NCBI GenBank assembly: GCA_005882135.1
Contig: VBDR01000037.1
Span: 23,595-87,594, forward strand
Source: Chloroflexota bacterium
Lineage (GTDB): Bacteria > Chloroflexota > Dormibacteria > Dormibacterales > Dormibacteraceae
DNA: 64,000 nt
Reading direction: 5' to 3'
Shown one piece after another: positions 1-8,907 of this stretch (positions are counted from its first letter, which is position 1; every line of letters begins with the position of its first letter). A model generated the notes under the pieces. The model was given only the letters and a program-made list of their open reading frames with translations. It did no database searches and had not been told where the DNA came from. The translations under genes and the position numbers were made by a program.

Positions 1-241
1 CTGGGGTCGCCGAATGGACCTCGGTGCCCTGGCGCGCGGCGAGGTCGATGCCGGTGTGGATGTGATGCGAAGGGCACAGGCGGTCGAACGGCTCGAGGTC
101 CAACGCCGTGCAGCCGAACGGCTGGCTCACTTTGGCTCCAAGCACGACCGATTCCAGCGGCAAACGCTCCTGGCTCGGCACCTGCATCGCGGTGACAAGC
201 CACACCACCACGGCTCCGGCCACGATCGCGACCAGCCGCAT
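1..241 (-). CDS. M23 (LytM-like) peptidoglycan metallopeptidase, 5' part only; the gene runs off the left edge
   Basis: Absent from the ORF track because it has no stop in the window. Minus-strand ATG at 241 forms a TGATG overlap with the upstream stop. It reads MRLVAIVAGAVVVWLVTAM (membrane anchor) ... CPSHHIHTGIDLAARQGTEVHSATQ, which contains the HxxxD zinc motif of M23 peptidases. Confidence 0.55.
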   Translation of the reverse strand, partial: MRLVAIVAGAVVVWLVTAMQVPSQERLPLESVVLGAKVSQPFGCTALDLEPFDRLCPSHHIHTGIDLAARQGTEVHSATP

Positions 242-1131
242 CACGCCTTCACGAGCGCGCGACCGATGTGTGTGAACGCCGTGTGCACGATCGACTCGAG
301 CTTGTGGGAGGCCTTCTCCGCGCCGCCCAGCGCCCCGGGCACCTTGAAAACAATCAACAGAGAGGCGAGGGCAAAGAGGTGGTGGACTGGGCTGATGCCG
401 TCGTGCTCGAGCGCAAAGCCGATCGAGAGCACGAACAGCTGCGCCGGCTGCATGAAGAGGTTGGTCGTGAAATGGGTCGCCCACATCTTCGCCAGGTGGT
501 CGGTCTCCGGGAGCATGAACAGCAGGCCGGCGAAGGGGGCTGTGACCGCGAGCACGATGAGCACCGCGTAGCGCACGAGATAGCTGATGGCGAGGACGCC
601 GTATCCCGCCGCCAGGGCGGCGGTGGTGATGATCTCCCAGGTGCCTGCGTTGGGGTTGTGGTTGTAGCTCGCAGCAAAGGTCGACAGGTCGTCATGGGTG
701 CTGAAGCTCTGGAGCGCCTGGCATATCGAGTTCGTGGCCGCGACCCCCATTTGAAACAGGGGCATCGCGAAGTTGATCAGGACGACGGCCATGAATAGGC
801 GCGGGAGCAGGATGCGCGCGGTGTACTGGGTGTAGAGCCCGTGTCCCCACATGATTCGGTAGGAGGCCCAGAGCGCGATGAGGACCAGCGCCGCATCGGC
901 GACGAGCTGCATGCTCGGCTCGAAGCGCTGGATCGTGGCGCTGTGGACGAAATCGCCGCCGGTCTCGAAGTCGGTGGTGCTGAGGATGAACTTGAACCAG
1001 ATGTTCAGGAGCAGCCCGACGCTGTCCTCGAGCAGCTTGGCCAGGACCAGGTTCGGATGGACGATCGTGTACAGATAGCCGTCGATCCGGCCCAGCTCCT
1101 CGTACAGGCCATGGAGCCAAGGCAGGTCCAC
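241..1131 (-). CDS. Polytopic membrane protein, TrbL/VirB6-like type IV secretion channel candidate
   Basis: 296 aa with about 6 hydrophobic helices. It abuts the small pilin-like gene upstream with no gap and overlaps the M23 hydrolase gene downstream. The function call rests on architecture and context only. Confidence 0.5.
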   Translation of the reverse strand: MDLPWLHGLYEELGRIDGYLYTIVHPNLVLAKLLEDSVGLLLNIWFKFILSTTDFETGGDFVHSATIQRFEPSMQLVADAALVLIALWASYRIMWGHGLYTQYTARILLPRLFMAVVLINFAMPLFQMGVAATNSICQALQSFSTHDDLSTFAASYNHNPNAGTWEIITTAALAAGYGVLAISYLVRYAVLIVLAVTAPFAGLLFMLPETDHLAKMWATHFTTNLFMQPAQLFVLSIGFALEHDGISPVHHLFALASLLIVFKVPGALGGAEKASHKLESIVHTAFTHIGRALVKA

Positions 1132-1392
1132 CTAGCGCGTCGGCACCGAGCTCGTGAGGATGCTCACGAGAGAGCTCGCAACCTCGACGCCGATCGTGCC
1201 CACGACGATGCGTTGGATCCACTGCTTGGCAGCGAGCGCCGACTTTGATTCCACGGCCGTGATCTTCCAGATGAAGGCGAAGATGAACGAAAGCGCCCCG
1301 ATCGACCCGACCAGGGCTTGGCCGATGTGGATCCAGGTGTTGATGAGGTTGGTGATCGGGGTGATGTCGGGATCGCCGGCGAGGAAAACCAT
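1132..1392 (-). CDS. Small two-TM protein, VirB2/TrbC pilin-like candidate
   Basis: 86 aa with two hydrophobic helices (ALVGSIGALSFIFAFIW and IVVGTIGVEVASSLVSIL). AGGAGG lies 5 nt upstream of the ATG. Its stop abuts the start of the VirB6-like gene. Confidence 0.45.
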   Translation of the reverse strand: MVFLAGDPDITPITNLINTWIHIGQALVGSIGALSFIFAFIWKITAVESKSALAAKQWIQRIVVGTIGVEVASSLVSILTSSVPTR

Positions 1393-1570
1393 GTGCGCCT
1401 CCTGGTCTTTTGGAGGCAGGCTACTTATCGATTTCCTGCGCAGGAACCCCGGTTGTTAAGAACGGATACGTCGGCGAGATTGAATCACTTGCCGGCTGGA
1501 ACGCGCGGCGTCAGTTCCCTGGCACAGCCGGCATCGAGCCAATATTGCGCGCGACGAGGAAACCAGGCTC

Positions 1571-2728
1571 TTAGCGCCGAGACTTCACATGGGCCTCCAC
1601 GCCATCGAGCAGGATCTCGAGCGCTGAAACCGCCTTGCCTTCCGGCTTCGTCGCCGTCGGCGCCGGATCGGCGCGTCCGACTTTCGGGACGTAGGTGTCG
1701 ATCTTGAAGTCCACCACGCCGCTGCTGACATCCAGGTCGAAGCGATCCCGCGACTCCAACGCCCCCTCGCTCTGCCAGTGCACGTCGAATATCGCCACCT
1801 TGGTCGAAAAATCGTCCAGCTTCAACTTGACCGCGCCGGTATGCACGAGTCCGACGACCGCTGTACCTCGCGGCCGGTGCACCGAAACATTGACCACGCC
1901 GCTCGAGATGTGGATCGGCACGACACCGCGTGGCTGCGGCAGGAAGCACTCGAGGTTGGTGGCGCCGCTGTCGACGTAGATCTCGCGCACATCGAGTCCG
2001 CCGACATCGAGCACGGTGTTCCAGGTCGGCGCCTGGATTTTGAATCTCCACGGCCGGCGCGGATTCAGCTCGATCTCTGCGCGGCCCACACCGCGTAGAC
2101 GCCGCACGACCACCTGCTCGCCCCGCACGATCGCCGGCGCGGCGCCGCTCTGATCTGGTGGGACCTGAATCAGGGCATCCATGTCCGGCGGACCCGCCCG
2201 GAGGATCACGCCGCGCGACCCGCTGTCGACGGCAATCGACGCAGGGGCGCCGCCCTCCGGCATGGGCCCTTCAGCCGGGGTCCGCTCGCCGATGACCTGG
2301 GTCATCACCATCAGGGCCACCTCGCCCGCTTCGGCCGGCTGCAGGCCTGCCGTCTGCATCTGCCCCTTCAGGTCGGCGTAGGTGTTGCTCCGCTCCAGGG
2401 CGTCGGGGACCTCGAGCAAGATCCGGGTGGCGTCCCTCTGAGCGGACACCCGCCGCCGCAGCGCATCGCCGGTCGCCATTGCGCTCTGCCGCCAGCCGGC
2501 GCCCCGGCGCGGCTGGACCACAGTTTCCAGGATCGATTCCGCCAGCAGCTCGAGCAGCTCGCCGCGGTCGCGAACGTGCCAGTAGAGCGAGGCCGCCTTG
2601 ACCTCAAGCCGTTCTGCCAGCGCTCGCATGGAAAGCCCGTCTAGGCCCTCCTCGTTGATCAGCCCCAGGGCCGCCTCGACCAGCCGATCCCGGGTCAGTC
2701 CGTGCGGTCTTTCCTCTTCTGGGCTCAC
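1571..2728 (-). CDS. TetR-family regulator (TetR_N plus tetracycline-repressor-like C domain) fused to an extra beta-rich C-terminal domain of about 200 aa (LiaF_C/toast-rack-like)
   Basis: GTG start with GAGGAG upstream. N-terminus reads LSMRALAERLEVKAASLYWHVRDRGELLELL, a TetR HTH. The C-terminal half has repeated short beta motifs (VVPIHISSGVVNVSVHRP, VSSGVVDFKIDTY). Confidence 0.85.
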   Translation of the reverse strand: MSPEEERPHGLTRDRLVEAALGLINEEGLDGLSMRALAERLEVKAASLYWHVRDRGELLELLAESILETVVQPRRGAGWRQSAMATGDALRRRVSAQRDATRILLEVPDALERSNTYADLKGQMQTAGLQPAEAGEVALMVMTQVIGERTPAEGPMPEGGAPASIAVDSGSRGVILRAGPPDMDALIQVPPDQSGAAPAIVRGEQVVVRRLRGVGRAEIELNPRRPWRFKIQAPTWNTVLDVGGLDVREIYVDSGATNLECFLPQPRGVVPIHISSGVVNVSVHRPRGTAVVGLVHTGAVKLKLDDFSTKVAIFDVHWQSEGALESRDRFDLDVSSGVVDFKIDTYVPKVGRADPAPTATKPEGKAVSALEILLDGVEAHVKSRR

Positions 2729-2762
2729 TCGAATGATTCTCCTCTAAAACTTGTAGTGATGG

Positions 2763-2819
2763 TTGCATTCCTAACTATGTTAGGGGTATATTACCACCAC
2801 GGATCCCTAACATCGTTAG
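2763..2819 (+). promoter_or_regulatory. Divergent promoter/operator region: TTGCAT-N18-TATATT with two CTAAC-N3-GTTAG palindromes
   Basis: Palindrome 1, CCTAACTATGTTAGG, is at 2770-2784 inside the -35/-10 spacer. Palindrome 2, CTAACATCGTTAG, is at 2807-2819 downstream of the -10 (TATATT, 2787-2792). Their centres are 36 bp apart. This is the most AT-rich patch of the neighbourhood. Confidence 0.6.
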
Positions 2820-2833
2820 ATAAGGAGGAGAAG

Positions 2834-2974
2834 ATGAGCGAACAGCAACGTCAATTCCAGGAGATGGACCCGGTCGTCGGGGCCTGGCATGGCTGGGCAT
2901 CCCCGGTCGGACTCGGCCTGTTCTTGGTCCTGGTCGCAACCGCGGTCGACCTCGTCCGGCTCGCATTCAAGTAA
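2834..2974 (+). CDS. Small single-TM membrane protein (46 aa), first gene of the MFS operon
   Basis: Internal ATG of ORF 2702..2974, preceded by AAGGAGGAG. One hydrophobic helix (VGLGLFLVLVATAVDLV). Ends 12 nt before the MFS start. Confidence 0.5.
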   Translation: MSEQQRQFQEMDPVVGAWHGWASPVGLGLFLVLVATAVDLVRLAFK

Positions 2975-2986
2975 TTCGACAAGGAG

Positions 2987-4521
2987 TTGAAACCCATGAC
3001 CCGGATTCGCAATCACCCGATGGCCGCGCTCGGCGTCCTCGTGCTCGGCCTTTTCATGACGCTGCTCGACCTGACCATAGTCAACATCGCGATCCCGTCG
3101 ATCCTCGACGGGCTGCACGCCAGCCTCGATCAGGTGCTGTGGGTGCTCAACGCCTACAGCCTGCTTTACGCCGTGCTCTTGATCACATCGGCGAGGCTCG
3201 GCGACATCTACGGCCCGCGCAACCTGTTTGCGGTCGGCGTGGTCATCTTCACCGCCGCCTCCGCCTTCAGCGGGCTGGCGCAGGATCCGACGCAGCTGAT
3301 CCTGTCGCGCGGAAGCGCGGCGGCGTGTTCGCCATCTACGGCGTGATCGCCGGCGTCGCGGTCGTCGCCGGCCCCACGGTCGGCGGGTACCTCGTCACGC
3401 ACTTGGGCTGGCGGTCGATCTTCACCGTGAACATCCCGATCGGCGTGATCACGTTCGCGCTCGCCATGCTGCTGATCCCCGACCTCCGGCCCGGACGCCG
3501 GCACCGGCTCGACCTTCTGGGCGTGGCGCTGGCCACCGCCGGTCTGCTGGGCGTGATCTTCGGCCTGATCGAAGGCCAGCGCTACGACTGGGGGGTGGTT
3601 CGCGGGTTCGTCACGATCCCTGAAATCATCGGCGCCGGCATCGTGCTCCTGGCGCTGTTCCTCTACTACCAGGCACGCCGGCAAGACCGGGAACCGCTGC
3701 TTCCGTTCGAAGTCTTCAAGGACAGAAACTTCACGCTCATGACCCTCGTCATGGCCGCGATGGGGTTTGCGATCCTCGGCATCTACCTCCCCCTCACCAT
3801 CTACATGCAGTCGGTGCTCGGGTTGAGCGCCATCGACGCCGGCCTCACCCTTGCCATCCAGCCCGTGGCCATGTTCTTTACCTCTGGCGTGGCCAGCAGC
3901 CTGGTCCAAAAGGTGAACGGCAAGTACCTGCTGGTTCCAGGCTTGCTCGCCCTCGCTGCCGGCACCGGTTACATCGACTGGGCCGCCCAGGCCAACTCGG
4001 GTCGCTGGGACTTCACGCCCGGTCTCATCGCGAGCGGCCTCGGCATGGGCTGCATCTGGACCCCCGTGTTCAGCATCGCGACGCGCGACCTACCGGTTCG
4101 CCTCGGCGGCGTCGCTTCCGGCGTCATCAACACGATCCAGGAGCTGGGGGGCGTCCTGGCCAGCGCCGTGATCGGCGCTTTCCTCCAGAACCGTCTCGCG
4201 GTCGCCCTGCACGACCGGGCGGTAGCCTCTTCCGGCCAGCTGCCGGAGCAGTACCGAGGCCCGTTCGTGGACGGTTTCAGCCACGCCGCGCGCGCCGGAC
4301 TCGAAGTCGGCGTCGGGCAGTCAGGCGCCGGCCTCCAGCTGCCGGCCCAGGTCCAGGCGATCGCCCACCATGTATTCACCCACGCCTTCGTCGACGCCAT
4401 GCACCCGACGATGGTCGTGCCGATCGCCATCCTGGTCCTGGCCGCTGCGGCGTCGGTCTTCGTCCGCGCTCCGCGGCAAGACGCCGTGACGGCTCACGAG
4501 GAGCAAGCGGCCGTGGCATAA
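2987..4521 (+). pseudogene. DHA2 (EmrB/QacA-type, 14-TM) MFS efflux transporter interrupted by an internal out-of-frame deletion
   Basis: The N-terminal 119-aa ORF (LDLTIVNIAIPSI...LILSRG) and the 3139..4521 ORF (KRGGVFAIYGVIAGVAVVAGPTVGGYL...) are consecutive parts of one transporter in different frames. About 25 residues expected between them (the RxxQGxGaa / TM4 region) are absent. The junction is near 3308-3313. Confidence 0.6.
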
Positions 4522-4530
4522 CCTTGTCCT

Positions 4531-5961
4531 GTGGCGAAAAAGCTCGCCGAGTACGAGGCCAAAAGAGATTTCCAACGCACGCCTGAACCCGGCGCCAAGG
4601 TCCCCCGCAAAGAGACCAAGGCGCCGCGGTTTGTGGTCCAGGAGCACCACGCCCGCCGGCTGCACTGGGACTTCCGACTCGAGAAAGACGGAGTGGGAGT
4701 CTCGTGGGCGGTCCCCAAAGGCATCCCGCCGGATCCAAAGAAGAATCACCTTGCCGTCCACGTGGAGGACCACCCGCTCGAGTACTTCAAGTTCGCCGGC
4801 GAGATCCCGAAAGGCGAGTACGGCGGCGGGCAGGTCCTGATCTGGGACGAAGGGACTTACGACCCGATCAAGTGGTCTGACCGAGAGGTCATGGTCGACC
4901 TGCACGGGAGGCGGCTGCAGGGACGCTACGTGCTTTTTCAGACGAGGGGAAAGGATTGGATGATCCACCGCATGGATCCGCCGCAGGATCCGGGCCGCAA
5001 GCCGATGCCGGAGAAGCTGGAGCCGATGCTGGCCAAGCTCTCCCCCAAGCTGCCGACCCCCGATGACGCGTGGGGCTTTGAGTTCAAGTGGGACGGCATC
5101 CGCGCCGTCGCGTTCATCGAGGGCGGCATCGTGCGGCTGCAGAGCCGGACCGGGGAGAACATCACAGCGCGCTACCCCGAGGTCCATGCCATGGGTCGTG
5201 CCCTCGGGTCGAACGAGGTGATCCTCGACGGCGAGGTCGTGGCACTCGATGAGAAAGGGCGCCCAAGCTTCGAGGAGATCCAGCAGCGCATGGGGCTGAC
5301 CGCGGAATCGGAGATCCGCCGCAAGATGAAAGAAGTGCCGGTCACCTACATGGTCTTCGATCTGATGTGGCATGACGGCCACTCGCAGATGGAGCAGCCA
5401 TACATCGAGCGGCGGAAGGCGCTGGCCCAGTTGAAGCTCGCGGGCGCGTCGTGGCAGACGCCTCCCTACGAGGCGGGCGGCGGCCAGGCGATGAAGGACG
5501 CCAGCGCCAGGGCCGGCCTCGAGGGCGTGATGGCAAAGAAGCTCGACTCGAAATACGAGCCGGGGAAGCGCAGTGGCGCATGGCAAAAGATCAAGAATCG
5601 AAACCGCCAAGAGCTGGTCATCGGCGGATGGCTCGACGGCGAAGGCAAGCGCCGAGGCTATCCCGGCGCACTGCTGGTCGGTTATTACAAGGACGGGAAA
5701 TTCGTCTACGCGGGTAAGGTCGGGACAGGCTTCACGGACAAGATCCTGGACGAGCTCAACGCGAAGCTCAAGCCACTCGCCTTGGACAAGAATCCCTTCG
5801 ACGTCGGGGCCCCTCCTCGCGCGGCGCACTTCGTCAAGCCCAAGGTCGTGGCCGAGTTCGAGTTCGTCGAGTGGACCCGTGGCGGACAGCTTCGCGCGCC
5901 AGCGTTCAAGGGCTTCCGCGTCGACAAGCCTGCCAAGGAGGTCGTGCGCGAGGGTGGCTAA
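4531..5961 (+). CDS. ligD: NHEJ DNA ligase D, 3'-phosphoesterase plus ATP-dependent ligase domains
   Basis: GTG start. The PE domain reads FVVQEHHARRLHWDFRLE...GGGQVLIWDEG. The ligase adenylation motif is FEFKWDGIR (KxDG). Confidence 0.9.
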   Translation: MAKKLAEYEAKRDFQRTPEPGAKVPRKETKAPRFVVQEHHARRLHWDFRLEKDGVGVSWAVPKGIPPDPKKNHLAVHVEDHPLEYFKFAGEIPKGEYGGGQVLIWDEGTYDPIKWSDREVMVDLHGRRLQGRYVLFQTRGKDWMIHRMDPPQDPGRKPMPEKLEPMLAKLSPKLPTPDDAWGFEFKWDGIRAVAFIEGGIVRLQSRTGENITARYPEVHAMGRALGSNEVILDGEVVALDEKGRPSFEEIQQRMGLTAESEIRRKMKEVPVTYMVFDLMWHDGHSQMEQPYIERRKALAQLKLAGASWQTPPYEAGGGQAMKDASARAGLEGVMAKKLDSKYEPGKRSGAWQKIKNRNRQELVIGGWLDGEGKRRGYPGALLVGYYKDGKFVYAGKVGTGFTDKILDELNAKLKPLALDKNPFDVGAPPRAAHFVKPKVVAEFEFVEWTRGGQLRAPAFKGFRVDKPAKEVVREGG

Positions 5962-6955
5962 GGAAACGTCGGTCGAGGTTCAGATCGAAGGTCGCACCCT
6001 GAAGCTGACGAACCTGGAAAAGGTGCTGTACCCGGAGGTCGGCTTCACCAAGGCCCAGGTCATCGACTACTACACGCGCATCGCTCCGGTGCTGCTTCCG
6101 CACACACACGACCATCCGCTGACGCTCAAGCGCTATCCGAACGGTGTGGACGGCGAGTTCTTCTACGAGAAGAACTGCCCGAAGCACAGGCCGCCATGGG
6201 TGGAGACCGCGAAGGTTTGGAGCGGGGGCAACAACCGCGACATGTACTACTGCCTCGCGCAGGACCTCCCGACGCTGGTCTGGCTTGGAAACCTGGCCAC
6301 GCTCGAGATGCACACCTCGCTGTCGCTGTGCAGCAACCTCCCCGAACCGCGCACGCTCGTCTTCGACCTCGACCCGGGCCCGCCCGCGACCATCGTCGAG
6401 TGCTGCCGCATCGGCCTGATGCTGCGCGACCTGTTCGCTGAGCACGGGCTGGAGTGCTGCGCCAAGACGTCCGGGTCCAAGGGCCTGCAGCTGTACGTGC
6501 CCCTCAACACCAAGGTCACCTACATCGAGACCAAGGTGGTGTCGAAGGGGCTGGCGCAGTACTTCGAGGAGAAGCACCCTGACCTCGCCGTGCACAAGCA
6601 GCTGAAGGAGCTGCGGACCGGACGTGTGCTCATCGACTGGAGCCAGAACGACCAGTACAAAACCACCGTCAACGTCTACTCGTTGCGCGCTCGTGTGCGG
6701 CCGACCGTGTCGACGCCGGTGTCGTGGGACGAGGTCGAGAAGTGCTTCAAGGCCAAAGACCCCAGCCTGCTCGTGTTCGACTCCGGCCAGGTGCTCAAGC
6801 GGGTCGAGAAGCTGGGTGATCTCTTTGCGCCCGTGATCAAAAAGAAGCAGAAGCTGCCCAAGTCACTGCTTCAGGCCACGGGCGGCGCGGCCGCACTGGA
6901 GAAGATGGCCAACCGGAGGCACAGCGGTGGAGGCCGGCGCTACCCCCCGCAGTGA
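5954..6955 (+). CDS. LigD polymerase/primase (AEP) domain protein, encoded separately
   Basis: GTG at 5954 overlaps the ligase stop (GTGGCTAA). The sequence LKLTNLEKVLYPEVGFTKAQVIDYY...RYPNGVDGEFFYEKN is typical of the LigD Pol domain. Confidence 0.85.
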   Translation: MAKETSVEVQIEGRTLKLTNLEKVLYPEVGFTKAQVIDYYTRIAPVLLPHTHDHPLTLKRYPNGVDGEFFYEKNCPKHRPPWVETAKVWSGGNNRDMYYCLAQDLPTLVWLGNLATLEMHTSLSLCSNLPEPRTLVFDLDPGPPATIVECCRIGLMLRDLFAEHGLECCAKTSGSKGLQLYVPLNTKVTYIETKVVSKGLAQYFEEKHPDLAVHKQLKELRTGRVLIDWSQNDQYKTTVNVYSLRARVRPTVSTPVSWDEVEKCFKAKDPSLLVFDSGQVLKRVEKLGDLFAPVIKKKQKLPKSLLQATGGAAALEKMANRRHSGGGRRYPPQ

Positions 6956-8196
6956 AGCGTCCGCGTGTCGTCATCGCGGGCGCGGGCTTCGGCGGCCTGA
7001 CCTGCGCACGAGCTCTCCGATACGTGCCCGTGGACGTGCTCCTGATCGACCGTAACAACTATCACCTCTTCACCCCGCTGCTCTACCAGGTCGCATCGGC
7101 GCTGCTCGACCCGGGTGAGATCGCGCGGCCGGTGCGGCAGCTGATCCGACCGCTGCGCAATGCCGACTTTCGCCAGGCCTTCATCACAGGGCTGAATCTG
7201 GATGCGCGCCAGCTCCTGACCGACCACGGCCCCATCGGCTATGACTACCTCGTCCTGGCGAGCGGCGCGCAAAGCGACTACTTCGGTAATGAGTCATTGG
7301 CGGAACGCACGCTGGGACTCAAGGATCTGGACGAAGGGCTCGCGGTCCGCAATCAGATACTTTCCCAGTTCGAAGCGTCGCGCTGGGTGGACGAAGCCGA
7401 AGAGAGACGCGCTCTCCTGACCTTCGTCGTCGTCGGCGGAGGGCCCACCGGGGTCGAGATGGCGGGGGCCGCCTCGGAGTTGATCCGGCTCGTTCTGCGC
7501 AAGGACTACCGCGACCTCGACATAAACGAAGCCCGCGTGGTGCTTATAGAAGCAGCGCCATATGTGCTTGGAGCCTTTGTGCCGTCGCTGCGCCAGGCCG
7601 CCTTGCGATCGCTCCAACGGAAGGGCATCGAGGTGATGCTCGGCGCGAAGGTCGAGGCGGTGGCCGCCTCCGGCGTGAAGCTCGCCGGCGGCCAGGAGAT
7701 AAACACGCGCACCGTGATCTGGACCGCCGGCGTCAAAGCGTCGGCGCTGGCACAGGCCGCCGGTGTGCCGCTGGCGCGCCAGTCCCGGATCAAGGTCGAA
7801 CCATCGCTGCAGGTACGAGAGCATCCAGAGGTGTTCGCGATCGGGGACGTCGCCGGCGCAAGCGATGGCGGCGGTTCGCTGCCCATGCTGATTCCCGTCG
7901 CCATGCAAGAGGGCAGGTATGTAGCGAAGTCGATCCGAGACACGCTCGCCGATCGCGCTCCGCGTCCTTTCCGCTACAAGGACCCCGGCATCATGGCGAC
8001 CATCGGCCGGAATTCCGCCGTCGCGCAGCTAGGTCGCGTCCACCTGTCTGGGTTTCCCGGCTGGGTGTTCTGGCTCGTCGTGCACCTGGTCAACGTGATC
8101 AGCTTTCGCAGCCGCCTCATCGTCCTCGTCAACTGGGCCTGGGAGTACATCTTTTATGACCGGCCGATCCGCCTCATCGTCCGCGCGGGCCCATGA
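6952..8196 (+). CDS. ndh: Type II NADH dehydrogenase (NDH-2)
   Basis: Two dinucleotide folds (VVIAGAGFGGL and VVVGGGPTGVE) plus GDVA. GTGA overlap with the upstream stop. Confidence 0.85.
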   Translation: MKRPRVVIAGAGFGGLTCARALRYVPVDVLLIDRNNYHLFTPLLYQVASALLDPGEIARPVRQLIRPLRNADFRQAFITGLNLDARQLLTDHGPIGYDYLVLASGAQSDYFGNESLAERTLGLKDLDEGLAVRNQILSQFEASRWVDEAEERRALLTFVVVGGGPTGVEMAGAASELIRLVLRKDYRDLDINEARVVLIEAAPYVLGAFVPSLRQAALRSLQRKGIEVMLGAKVEAVAASGVKLAGGQEINTRTVIWTAGVKASALAQAAGVPLARQSRIKVEPSLQVREHPEVFAIGDVAGASDGGGSLPMLIPVAMQEGRYVAKSIRDTLADRAPRPFRYKDPGIMATIGRNSAVAQLGRVHLSGFPGWVFWLVVHLVNVISFRSRLIVLVNWAWEYIFYDRPIRLIVRAGP

Positions 8197-8906
8197 GACA
8201 AACCCTGGCGGCAGCGACCATGGCGCTGATGCTGGCCGCTTGTGTCGGCGGCGAGCAGCCGCCTGATCCAGCGAAGGTGCTTCGCGACGGCGCCGCGGCG
8301 ATGGCGCACCTGAAAACAGTCAATGCGACCCTCAAGCTGACCAAGGGCGTGGTCAGCATCCAGGGCTTCGCGTTGGTAAGCGCCAAGACCGCGGTCCGGC
8401 TGCCGGCGGACAGCGACACCATCTACACCGTCAAGCAGCAGGGCGTGACGATCGGGCTGGAGGTCATCATCGCGGGCGGGCATGTCTACCTTCATGTCCC
8501 CTTCTCGAACTTCCAGGAGGTGACCGGAGCGGAGGCCACCGCATTCCCGGACATGGCCAAGCTGTTCGACTCGAGCACGGGCCTCCCGGCCGTGATTCCT
8601 GCGGGGTCGAATCCGAAATACGTCTCCACCGACCAGGTCGATGGCAAGAGCGCCTACCAGGTGTCGACGAGCTACGCGGCGGACCTGGTTCGCGGCCTCC
8701 TCTCGGAGCTCAGCTCGAGCGGACCTGTCAGCGCACGGGTCTGGGTCAACAGCTCGGACCACCTGATCCCCAAGGCGGTTCTCACCGGCGCGTTCGGAGA
8801 CGGCGGCACGGACGCCACCGTCGAAGTCGACATCACGGGTTTCGACGCCACCGTCAGCATCACCTCGCCGAGCATCGCCTCGCCGTCCGCCTCGCCGAGT
8901 CCCTAG
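8193..8906 (+). CDS. lprG: LppX/LprAFG-family lipoprotein (LprG-like)
   Basis: Signal peptide with lipobox LMLAAC. Family-like body. ATGA overlap with ndh. Followed after 1 nt by an MFS gene, as in the mycobacterial lprG-Rv1410c operon. Confidence 0.7.
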   Translation: MRQTLAAATMALMLAACVGGEQPPDPAKVLRDGAAAMAHLKTVNATLKLTKGVVSIQGFALVSAKTAVRLPADSDTIYTVKQQGVTIGLEVIIAGGHVYLHVPFSNFQEVTGAEATAFPDMAKLFDSSTGLPAVIPAGSNPKYVSTDQVDGKSAYQVSTSYAADLVRGLLSELSSSGPVSARVWVNSSDHLIPKAVLTGAFGDGGTDATVEVDITGFDATVSITSPSIASPSASPSP

Positions 8907-8907
8907 C

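Noticed and set aside
14-571. 185-aa plus-strand ORF at the left edge
   Set aside because: It overlaps the minus-strand M23 peptidase fragment (HxxxD motif) and the VirB6-like membrane protein, and it has no motif.
4321-5829. 502-aa minus-strand ORF
   Set aside because: It is antisense to the ligD PE-ligase gene, which has unambiguous catalytic motifs. The translation is Arg/Leu/Asp-rich with no motif.
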